Source: Nemertoderma westbladi (taxonomy: Eukaryota; Animalia; Xenacoelomorpha). Taken from it: 64,000 nucleotides of DNA. This document shows, piece after piece, positions 20,846 through 32,383 of this stretch. How positions within the stretch are numbered: position 1 is the first letter of the stretch; every line of letters begins with the position of its first letter. Both the position numbers and the translations under genes were made by a program. Location of the stretch: the NCBI GenBank assembly GCA_032718475.1, contig JAUCBJ010008939.1:1-64000 (forward strand), in the 5' to 3' direction. Under the pieces are notes generated by a model. The model saw only the letters and a program-made list of their open reading frames with translations. It made no database searches and had not been told where the DNA came from.

Positions 20846-21363
20846 ATTATGGTGAACCATGAGTGGTCAGTGGTGACCATAACGATAAAGTAAAGAAACA
20901 TAATGTGTGATAAATACGTGAAATGTAATGTGAACAGTAAACTGGAAAACAGTAACTGCACTAAAAACTAACACTTGGAACTAACCACCACAAAAAGATG
21001 TATGTCTCCTAGCTACGTATAGATGTGCGATAGCCAATTGGGAACCAATAATATTACAGAGTGATAATAATTGACTGACTGAAGCTGGAAATACGGTGTG
21101 ATAACACAATACAATGAGAACAAAGAGTGGGTGAAATCTGTAAACAAGGCAATCTCCACTACAGATATGTTAGTAAAGTCTTGGCTGTCATATGATTTAT
21201 ATTTCGCTTTGAATTAAATGGAATTAAATGAAAACTAATTGATTTTGTTTGGTCAGGTACTGTAGGTTTGTGAGTTAACAAATATGGTTCTGACAAAAAT
21301 TGGACTTTCTAAAATCTCTCTTTAGCAAACAAATTGTCATTCGTCCATCCAAGACATAAAAAA

Positions 21364-22466
21364 TTTTAGCCGCCGAGACGTACAAAATTCGCTTTCAGCG
21401 GCCTTTTTAGCCGCCGAGATATAGAAAATTCGCTTTCAACTGCCTTTTTAGCCGCCGAGATATAGAAAATTCGCTTTCAACTGCCTTTTTAGCCGCCGAG
21501 ATATAGAAAATTCGCTTTCAACTGCCTTTTTAGCTGCCGAGATATAGAAAATTCGCTTTCAACTGCCTTTTTAGCTGCCGAGATATAGAAAATTCGCTTT
21601 CAACTGCCTTTTTAGCCGCCGAGATATAGAAAATTCGCTTTCAACTGCCTTTTTAGCTGCCGAGATATAGAAAATTCGCTTTCAACTGCCTTTTTAGCCG
21701 CCGAGATATAGAAAATTCGCTTTCAACTGCCTTTTTAGCTGCCGAGATATAGAAAATTCGCTTTCAACTGCCTTTTTAGCTGCCGAGATATAGAAAATTC
21801 GCTTTCAACTGCTTTTTTAGCTGCCGAGATATAGAAAATTCGCTTTCAACTGCCTTTTTAGCCGCCGAGATATAGAAAATTCGCTTTCAACTGCCTTTTT
21901 AGCTGCCGAGATATAGAAAATTCGCTTTCAACTGCCTTTTTAGCCGCCGAGATATAGAAAATTCGCTTTCATCTGCCTTTTTAGCCGCCGAGATATAGAA
22001 AATTCGCTTTCAACTGCCTTTTTAGCTGCCGAGATATAGAAAATTCGCTTTCAACTGCCTTTTTAGCCGCCGAGATATAGAAAATTCGCTTTCAGCAGCC
22101 TTTTTAGCCGCCGAGATATAGAAAATTCGCTTTCAGCGACCTTTTTAGCCGGCGAGATATAGAAAATTCGCTTTCAGCGGCCTTTTTAGCCGCCGAGATA
22201 TAGAAAATTCGCTTTCAGCGGCCTTTTTAGCCGCCGAGATATAGAAAATTCGCTTTCAGCGGCCTTTTTAGCCGCCGAGATATAGAAAATTCGCTTTCAG
22301 CGGCCTTTTTAGCCGCCGAGATATAGAAAATTCGCTTTCAGCGGCCTTTTTAGCCGCCGAGATATAGAAAATTCGCTTTCAATTGCCTTTTTAGCCGCCG
22401 AGACGTATAAAATTCGCTTTCAGCGGCCTTTTTAGCCGCCGAGATATAGAAAATTCGCTTTCAGCG
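21364..22466. repeat. 41-bp tandem array (~27 units)
   Basis: Unit tttttagcYgccgagatatagaaaattcgctttcaRcKgcc; caactgcc variant in the left-central block, cagcggcc variant at the edges. Confidence 0.95.
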
Positions 22467-22572
22467 TCAGACCGATTTTGGTATGTTTTTGGCACTTTTT
22501 CTGCATCCCCTTCTGATGTGGCTGATTCAAAATAAGTTTCAACTCCATTGAATTGAAAATCCCTGTGTCATA

Positions 22573-25171
22573 CTAACTCCAAATTGCTCTTACTGCTTCA
22601 ACGTTGGTTTTACTATGAGCTACAGTGACAATTCTATCTTTGTTCTTTTGTGGTGTTGTCTTTGTTCTTCCAACTTTCACTAGCAATGGAGACAGCACTG
22701 TGAACAAATCACAATGCATTTCCTCAACTTCTTTCTGCAAGAAATAGCCATACACTGGTCTTGCAGATTCACCATCCTTGTTCTGCAGGTATAATACATG
22801 ACGCACTTTTCCTCTATAGTTCTGATTCCAAAATGCTATACATTGATATTCACCTTCTTCCAATTCAAGCACTTTTTTCACACTGCTCTTTTGTTTTGCA
22901 GGATATTCAACTAAACACATGGACTTGGCCTTCTCATATTCACTTTCAACTTTCTTCAATATTTCTTGTATATTTTGTTGTTTGCCTTCAATTGGGCTTC
23001 TCAATAATTTAATTGGATACCAAATAATTATCTGCTGCTGCTCATTATTGAACTCTTTGGGTGCTTGAATTTCAATTTCCAGCTCTCCATCAACCAAAAA
23101 ATAAATTTATCTTGTTTTTTGTTCTTCTGCACTGTGAAAAACATCTCTCAATTCATCTAAAACACACTCCAAGCCTCGGTTAGAATATATCTTGGAAATT
23201 TCACCACCAATCGAAAGCAAAATTTCGTATCTTTGGTAGGGCCCAGTTGCTTGTCGAAATCCAAGTACTGTTACTTTTAAAGGTTTCTTGCCATCCAGCT
23301 CACAAATTTTTTGTATGGGAGTGTGCTTCAATAGATGCAAAACATATTCCTTCTGTTCATTTAACTGCTCTTTTCTTTTCTTGAACTCCAGCAACCTTTT
23401 GTGTATCAGGGCTACTTCTTCTCGATTTCTTGCATTTCTTTGCAGTGCCTCTTGTCTCCATTTCTCACATTCTAAATAATCTAGAATATCAATGTTCCTC
23501 TGTGCTCTTTTCCACGTTGACAACCAAGATACCTGATGTGTTTGCAAGTATTCAGGCACATCTTGTAGTTTCCATTGCATCTTTGCTGTTCCCAATGATT
23601 TGCAAGGCTCTTGTCTCCAAGTCCATTCTATGAAATCTGTTGATGGCAACATTTCTTTCAATGGAATTCTTGCTTGAACTGACCTACACTGTGTTGGAAG
23701 TTTCGATGAACAAAGTATTGTTTTTGCAGTGGGGTCCTTGAAATAGCATTTCAGAGGTGCTATTTCTGTGCCCTTTTCAATTTCATTCTCATTTCTAATT
23801 TGGAAGCAGAATATAGGACAACCTCGAAATCCAACTTCTGAACAACTCCACAATATAGCCTTCTCCCATCTTCTCCCATCTTTCTCTCATCTTCTCCCAT
23901 CTTTGTCTATTTTCTTGTATATCAAACTTACACTGCACTTTCAATCCAGAAACTTTCCCAGTTTTTGTGTGAGCATACCAAGCTACATAGATTGTTCCTG
24001 TGGTCTTAGAGGCAATGACACAACACCTTGTCAGCTCTTTTGCTAGAGCTAGCCAGTGATTCCTCCCACTTTGCTGTACAAATAATCCCTCATATGGCTG
24101 TATGTTTTCTAATGCACTTCTCATCACTTCCGCACCAAGATCTCTAGATATGTAATTCATAGAGTACAAGGATATCTCAACTCTTGTACATCCATATTGC
24201 TGGATCAATGGATGTTCGAAAGATTTCCGAAGAACCGGGTTCCTGGAATCAGCGTAGTCTGCCAAATGCCCTCCAAAATTCTCCAATACTTCTCCTGCTT
24301 CAAACTGGCAAACAATTTTGTTGTACAGCTTCACTCTCATTGTATTTCCGCCCCAAGATGTGATGTATGTCAACACATGATTTCCCACAGATGACGTATT
24401 TTCCAAAATCGTGGGCTGATCACCCTCCAATGCTGTTTGAAATGTCCCTTCCAACCTCCAACCTTTTGTTTCCACTAGATGTTTGACTATTGCCTTCCTA
24501 TCGAGGGTTCCAGCAAAGTCCTTTGTGTAGTCAACAGAGTATATTCCCCATCCACATGTCCGCAGTACTCTGCCAAATTCAGCCAAGTGCTCCTGCAGAT
24601 CATCTAGGTTGATTACAGATACATCCAACTTTGCAACAAAGACAGCAACAGGTTCTTTTTGTTCCACGTTTTTCCAGTTTTTGATATATTTCTCATTCAT
24701 CTCTCCTTCAATTTTATGCACTGTTTGCATTATCACACCATGAGATTGTAATGGTACAGAGGCTAATATTTTTGTGTGTATAAAGTCATCACAGTTCTTC
24801 CCGATTGTTTGTGTTGCCTCCCTCCTCAACTTCTCCACAATATACGAGGCAGACCCAAACCTTCCAGTTGTTAACATGACAGAACTTTTGGTTCTCACAA
24901 CTTGATCTTCTCGAAGATACCCATACACATAAAGATCGTCAACGAACATTTCCAATTCAGGCACCTCTTGAAGCAACATACTACCTCCATGGCCTGCTAG
25001 GTAATCTACTTTTGATATATCAGTCAAAAGATTAGACTCATAGGCATTCTCTAACAGTAGATGCATGCAAGCTGACTTCGGGGTTCTCAATCCCATCTGT
25101 TCAAATGTCACGAACTGGGTAGTATCAATACTAGTTGGTTTATTTGTGTTTTCACATATAGTAGTAGCCAT
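22573..25171 (-). pseudogene. ~855-aa protein with Rep_trans-like catalytic motifs, disrupted by one frameshift and one stop
   Basis: Three ORFs join into one after removing a 31-bp local duplication (~23862-23892) and reading through TAA at 23107-23109; motifs SVDYTKDF, RVKLYNK, TRVEISL. Confidence 0.65.
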
Positions 25172-25512
25172 ACAAATTTTCTATTAGTTTTAATTTCTTA
25201 AATAAATCAATTTTTTTACATAATCTAACTTATAGCAGACAATAAATATATTGGACAGAACATTTGGATTGGTACAACTCTACTCTGTATGAACTTCTAA
25301 TCATATTGTGCTCATATAGAGTCAGAACATGTGAACTATTTTCAGAAAATATGAATCCATCAATTTTTAAGCGAAAAATTAGGTGAAAATGATAATTTGT
25401 GATAAATCGGTGTAAAAAAGTAGTTGAAATTTTACTGTAGATTGACATTTTTTGTCAGTCTGGTAAGGAATTTGTTTGCATAATAGATCATTCTGGTTCA
25501 TTGGTACATTTA

Positions 25513-26706
25513 TGTTCGCGCTTTTAGACCTTTAGCAGTTTAACCCGCTAATTTTTGGTGTCTTCTAGGTTATAAATCGACTTTAGCCTACAACAAGTAT
25601 TTGTTGCATATAAGATATAAATTTACACTTGCCGAAGCCAGCCTGTGCGCGACCATTCACCCACTGTTAAGGGAGACTGGATTCGGAGGCTCTGACCTTA
25701 TTGCGGTGTAGACTTACTGTACTATTCGATTGATCGTTACTATATAATCTCTGACAAATATTATCTACTTTCGGGAAATATTAACAGTTCCTTTGGGACG
25801 TGGCGCTCTAAGCATGTAAACAGAGTTATGACTTACACTAAACACAACGGGATGGCTATTGATTTTCGTATAAAGCGCATTCTTTAGGAAATGCTTTGTT
25901 ATCTGACACACTCATGCACACTACTGCACAATGCTGCACACTGATCTGCCGACCGTCACTGAATTTGATCATATGTAAAGAGAATAGCAACCGACACATG
26001 TAGAGGCTATGAAATAGCATTCAATTCACTACAAACCACTATAATGTAAGTCGCAGTTGCTACCGGTAACCGGTCTCTCTAACCTTCAGTAATCAAGAAG
26101 ATTGGGGTTTTATGATTATTTATCGATATTCTCCAAATATAACACATATCCATCAACTTCTAACAATTAATAACTGACAGTAAATAGCAGTAAAATAATG
26201 CGGTGAAAGTTGGGTAGGACGTAATGCATTGAGTTGACTGAACTGTACCGTGATAACAGTTATACGTTCCTATAATCAAAGCTGTCGAATGTTTGGCTAA
26301 AGTCTGAAACTAAGAATAATTCCAAAGCCGATGTTCTGGGCTCAGGAAAAAGGTAAACAAAAACCGTCATGCATTGCTCGATTTCCCGTAGGCTTCTGTG
26401 CAAATAAAGTGAAAATCGCTCTGATTGGTTGAGCCGAACAACGAACAAAGAGGGGTTCAGGTTCCACGTTGGCAGTAAATCAGCTGATAGATTTCGTCAT
26501 CTAGTCCACACTGTAGTAAGAGTATTTTGGCGTATTGCGGCATAAAATGGCTTGTTATGTCCGCTAAAGTACACATACAGAAAAAATGGCTTTTTATGTC
26601 CACTGAAACACCGGTACAGTAAGAAAACGGCTTTTTATGTCCGTTAAAACATCTACAGAGTACTTTGCGGGGAAAATGACTAGCTATATCCGCAAAAGCC
26701 TTTACA
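25513..26706 (-). repeat. 3' LTR of element 2
   Basis: Direct repeat of 42414-43602; preceded on minus by GGGAGCGG. Confidence 0.95.
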
Positions 26707-26784
26707 CCGCTCCCAGAAAATGGGATTTAATTCTAGAAAATATAAAAAATCACAGTTTCTAAAATATAAAAATACTCTAAACAG

Positions 26785-29700
26785 TTAGTCTTTCTTGCGC
26801 GGACGGCGTTTACGCAGTTTTTTGAGGCTAGCAAGAGTCCTTTTCTCTTTGGGGCGAGCCACTTTACTAGGAGGGCTATAACTCCTGGGTGAAGGGTACA
26901 ATACAATTGCATCGGAAGGTTTAGGATTACGGTCGGTGTATCCGCCGGTCGAGGTACCGGGTTGATCGATATCAACCTCAGTGGAGCGAGGTCGAACGGC
27001 CTTTAGAGCGCGTTTCAGGACAGCAGCTCTCACTGATCCCTGACTAGTCGTTGGTCTCTGACGGGTTGTCTGAATGAGAGCAGTGGGTGGACCATGGGTA
27101 GTAAGAAACTTCCTCGGTTTAATGGTTCTTTCCAACTCACGTTCTCGGACTCGATATTCGTATGGCCGTCGATGCACTTCATGTAACTCTGGATGTGAGT
27201 TGATGAACAAATCACCATACTCTGGATCTTGACGGATAAAGTTGATCAAGTTATAGGAATTAATATCGTTAGGATTAATGTTCCTGAGATATTTTCGAAC
27301 AAATTTGGTTGAAATACACTCACCAACACGCTTCATTAGTTCGTAACTCAGTGTGCGTGATTTTTGTTCAACAGACACGAATAGATAAGGATGGAACGCA
27401 TAAACTCCTTCGTAGGCGCGTCCAGGGTAATAGCGATGGCGTGACTCACAATGTAAATCCGCATTCGCTTCCCAAGCTCAGATGTAGCGTAGGGTAATCA
27501 TTTCATCTACGCTTTCCAGATCGCAGTTAAAAGGGCAATCAAAACTGGCATGTCCTTTAAGTTGACAATGATGGCATTGAGTCATAAATTGGGGGCAGAC
27601 TGCGAAAATGTGCAAGTTATTGAGTCTGCAATACGCACAATAGATCTCCATCGCTGGTTGTTCATAGAAATAGGAGCAGGGTACGTCTAAGTCCATGGGG
27701 GTGAAATGATCTCTCGATGCGCATAATCGGCAACGTTTTCGAGAAACATAGTTTGCATGACGATAGTCGTATGCGGTGAGACACTGTGGACCTTGATACC
27801 ATTCCAAAACGTAGTTGTTGTCGCTGCTCCGGGGTGCAGTAGGCTGAATCTCCTCGGATTCTAAGCATATTGGTTCGTCCTCCAATCGCATAGCCGAGGT
27901 AGGTGTGGCTGTCTCCTCAAGCGAACCCGCTGTCTGAACTTCCACGATAGAATAACCCGTGGGGATTCGAGGTCTTTGTATAATAGAGGAATGTAAGTTC
28001 TGTATACAAACATCATGGAAAATGGCGAATCCAGCACTGTCTAACTTCTCAGCAGCTGAGTCTCTTAGGCTGAGCTTGGTCAGAGCGCGGTCCTTGAACT
28101 GACTATCAACGTTACGGAACGGAGTCAGAAAACGCCTGAAACATTCGAAGCGGATGAATTTATTGTGTTCATCTAACTTGGCAAGTTTGGTTCCAAGTAT
28201 TAAGGGATGGGCGCGTATAGTACGACTGCACACATCGGCTAGCCAACCGGCAAGTGCGGCGTTTTCAAAGATCGTGTATATAGCTAAGGAGGGACGAAGT
28301 CGAACACTCATGAAGCTATACACGACACCAGGTGCGGTCAATGGTCCATCGAAGTATAATCGAGAATAATGATCTCCATATACTTGTTGATAGTTGATAG
28401 GATTTCCGACCTTGAAATTCCATCCGTATTCTTGAAAGGCAAGATGTCCGATGGAGGTTCGTTGTACTTTAGTAATGCCGCTGGGTGTATTGGCATACGT
28501 AGTTCGGAAGAAACCTCGGCCTTCTGCCCAGGGAGCAATCAGCTGAGTATCTACGAAAGGATATGGGATATTCTCCATGTTCCGAAAGTTGTTTTGGAGA
28601 TCTCCATAAACAGCTGAGCCGTTCCACTCTTTAGTGGCGTTTTCTAGGGTCATTCCCACTGGATGCCACAAGGTGGCGCATTCGCTAGCGTTAGGTAGAT
28701 CTCTATACTTCAAATACTGTGTAGTATATGTTTCTACATCTCCATATCGTTGTATTCTTTCCTCCTCGAATAACACGTCGAGATTCCAGTGGACTAATAG
28801 CGTTTTGATAAATCCATCGAGATTATATGGAGGTGTTACATCCTTCTCTATTCTGGAAACATTATAGGGTTTTCGGAATGAGTTTACTTTCACTAACTGA
28901 TCCAGATGTTTCTGCAGTTGTTCGAGTTCGACGAGATCGAGAGGATTTATTAGTGGTAGAAACCTTAGACTATGTGTAGGATCTTCCGGTTTTACCGTGT
29001 AATATTGAGTTAGATTGACATAATAAGGGTGATCTTTGATCCCATAAAATGAGTTCGATAAAGGTCTAGCGCGTATGTTGACCTCGTGTACCATACGACG
29101 GACAAGATCCGCTCTATTGTCCGGAGGTTCAACGAGTATACCGTCGACACGAGCAGGTTCGATTGGTGGGCGTTGCAACATAGGAGCGTCAGCGATAAGA
29201 TCTCGAGATCTTAGGTTGATATCAACGGGTTGAGGTTGTGCCGTAGCGAAGAGTTTGTCTCCGAAATGGGGAACCATCGAAGGATGAATGATGGTTTTAG
29301 AATAGAGATCAGTCATAAGGATTTGAGCTTCTGGCTGGGCTAAAGCTGCTTCTTCTCTCTCATCCATTTCTATATGTTTCTCCTCGAGCTGATTTTCCTC
29401 CGCTTGTCGTTGTAAGCGCTCGTCTAGGAACTCTTGTAAAGAATAGGTTCGTCCAAGTTCGATGTCTTCCTCGAGGTTCTGGATTTCTCGCTCAAACTGG
29501 GGTAAAGCTAATTCCTTCACCGCTTGGACTTGCTGCTGCAATTTGCGTTTCTCTAAACAATCGTAAGTTCCCTTTCCAATCTTTTGCCGAATAGCATCTA
29601 GCGCGTTTCGTACAACGCTCTCCTCAACTTCTGTGACGGGTTGTATCGGGGTTAAACCGGGACGATTGTAAGGATTGAACGGTGATATTAAATGTCCGCA

Positions 29701-30729
29701 TCCCAATCCAGTTAAGTAGGATGGGCGAATATCTAGAGAGCCCATTACCTGAGTGCCACCGATTAATTGTTCGGGTAACACTAAATCTTTGAACAGTGAG
29801 TATAGTTCGGGAGGATCCGTGATACTATTAGGATCAAGAGTTTGAGGTCTCACTGGGGAATGAGGAGGTCTGACCGAGTATTCCGGAACTCTGATCATGG
29901 GTTTATTTAAGGATCGTTTGAGTCGAGCGAGCGTAGGGGATACGTCGAACAAGTTTCGCTCGAAACTCCCATAGGTATAACGAGTAAAACTGTGTTTAGC
30001 GCAACGTCTCCGCGGGTGTTTATGTGTTTCCGTTTGCTGGTTGGGTCGAGGGCATTCATCACAGTAATACCACAGACGCACATCCTGCAGGGGAAACGCG
30101 GGTGATCGTTCTCCAGTTTTACAATATTCCTCCATCTGTTCGAAGCTATCCGGGACAACAGGTAGCGGTTGATCGGCGGTAAGATACATCATAGTGAAAT
30201 AGAGCCGTTTGAGTTCTACCATGGGGTCATGATGTATACCTTGAGGATATCGAGTTTCTAGATTTTGTTGACTGGCTATATTGAGATATGTTTCTCTCAA
30301 GAATTCCAGATAATCGTTGAAGTCGCTGCGTTTATCCGGCTCTTCAACATCTTCTTTTTCGAGTCGGTTTCGAATAGAGTTCTCGTGTTCGATTCTCGGT
30401 TTATCGTTCCGACTCCGCTGGGTATGATATTTAAATAAAACCATTTCCCTTTCTGTGTCCACATCGTCCGTATCGTGTAAATCGATAGGATGGCCAGTAG
30501 TTAAGAAGTCCATATATGTACCATTACGATGTGTGTAGCGAGCGGTGAATTTTCTATAGTCCAATTCACGCGTGAGTTGCGCTTGGGACATTGGCGGTTC
30601 GATATAACGACCATCGTCCTCCGTAGTAGTTGGACCAGCATCGCCGCGTATTAAGCTATCAACAAACGCTTGTAACGGTAGGGTATATCGTTCCCTGATA
30701 CCAATGTCATCTTCTATTAATTCCGTCAT
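26785..30729 (-). pseudogene. Accessory ORF2 of element 2, ~1314 aa with one in-frame stop
   Basis: 27478-30729 and 26785-27378 share a frame; TGA at 27478-27480 corresponds to AGA (Arg) in element 1; C-terminal CCHC knuckles and KKLRKRRPRKKD. Confidence 0.85.
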
Positions 30730-32383
30730 AGCTGCTATACGAGTTTATCAATGTTATAATGAGTTATAATTAGGCTAGCAAGCGTCGCCGCCTACCCCTC
30801 TCGGCCCCCGGACAGTGCAAGATCCTCAGCGCCGATATACCGTCGTTGCTGTGTTTTTCGCCAACGTAGTAGCTACACAACGACAATGATAACCGGCACG
30901 AGTCACTCCACTGTCCGTCCCAAGGGCGTAGATTTACTTCAGGTTCTTACTGCAGAGGTAGGGCTACTTTCACAACTGCGACTAGCTACTGTAAACACAC
31001 TTTAGTAGCAACATTCACCTATAAACGCACAAATTCCACACAACTGTCACAAATTGTACACATTCAGGCCATTTGTCCGTTAGTCAAGTGCCTTCCAGAA
31101 TGCCACGTAGTTATTATGTATCCTTGGATACTATCCGTGTGCTATTTATTCCCTATACTATTCAATGGGGCAAGCTTTCTATTGTTCTTTTAACTCACTT
31201 CTAATTCTAGCGTGGTTGTTGCTATGGTGACATTATGGATAGCTAGCGGTAGAATTAGGGTAATTCTCATGCATACAGATCTGGGATGCTATTTAATAGT
31301 AATTCTTTAATTGTCAATATTCCCCTTTATATATGATTTTATGAATTTTATCGGCTATTGACTATATATTGGAGATTTTCGCACACTAATACACTTAATA
31401 GGGTGAATCTCCGCTCCCATGATCTATTAATTAATGGAATTTTGGGAATGTTAAAAATTGTGTAAAAATGACAATTTATTAAATTCATGAGAGGATATGA
31501 ATTTAAATTTATTCCCGCAAATTTTATTATTTAATATTAAAATAGACACAATTTTATTCCAGAACATGTCTGGGGACTAGGATCCTTAATTTTATGAATT
31601 TTGTCATTTTAAGAGTATCGGTAAGTGCTACGATATCTTAATTGACTATAATTTCAAAAGATCTAAATTTTGACAGATTTTGATTTATAGATTTTTACAA
31701 ATATTAATTATATAATATTTAAGATGGGCACCGATTTATTCCAGAACTTGTCTGGGGACGTTAACCACTGATTCTAAATTTTGTCTTTCAAGTATATTGG
31801 TGGGTGCCGCGATATCTTAATCGACTAGAATTACAGATGGTCAAAGGGTTTAACAGATTTATTTTGCGTTGTACGCTACTGTTAAAGGGACATCACGCTA
31901 CTATATGTATTATTTAATATACGGTATGAGAGCAATATCGCACGAAGCAATGTCAGTGAGAAGAGGCAAGTCGTTTCCAAGGTCTACCCAGAGCTTGGTT
32001 TAGCCGAGACACGAGGATCTGAACTTTGCATTCCTAATACTCTGCCTACCAATAATACTTGAATATAGTAGGAGCTTTATTGTACTTTAATAAGTACGGA
32101 CATTTCATCTTACTGTAGTCACGTATTTATAATATGATACGGACAGTAAGGAAAGAGAAAAATAATTATTTCTCGCCGTCGCACTAAATATATATATTAT
32201 GAGTAATTAAGTAATAAGACTAATATATATATGGCACTAGTCTACTAAATAATCGCTAAAAATAACATTCTACTAAATAAAACTAAAGAAAACGATTATA
32301 ATAATAAAATTACGTAATAATACATACATAAATATAAAAATAAAATATAAAATAATATAGTCACACACCCACTCCAGACGCTG

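Larger units (their letters stand above)
21290..25458 (-). mobile_element. Putative Rep_trans-like (rolling-circle) element; boundaries tentative
   Basis: Intronless ORF plus downstream 41-bp array; weak inverted ends CTGACAAAAA...ACAAATTRTCATT at 21290-21341 (+) and 25458-25388 (-). Confidence 0.5.

Noticed and set aside
26785-30729. ORF2 as an envelope gene
   Set aside because: No visible signal peptide, TM anchor or Cys-rich ectodomain; has zinc knuckles and a basic tail.
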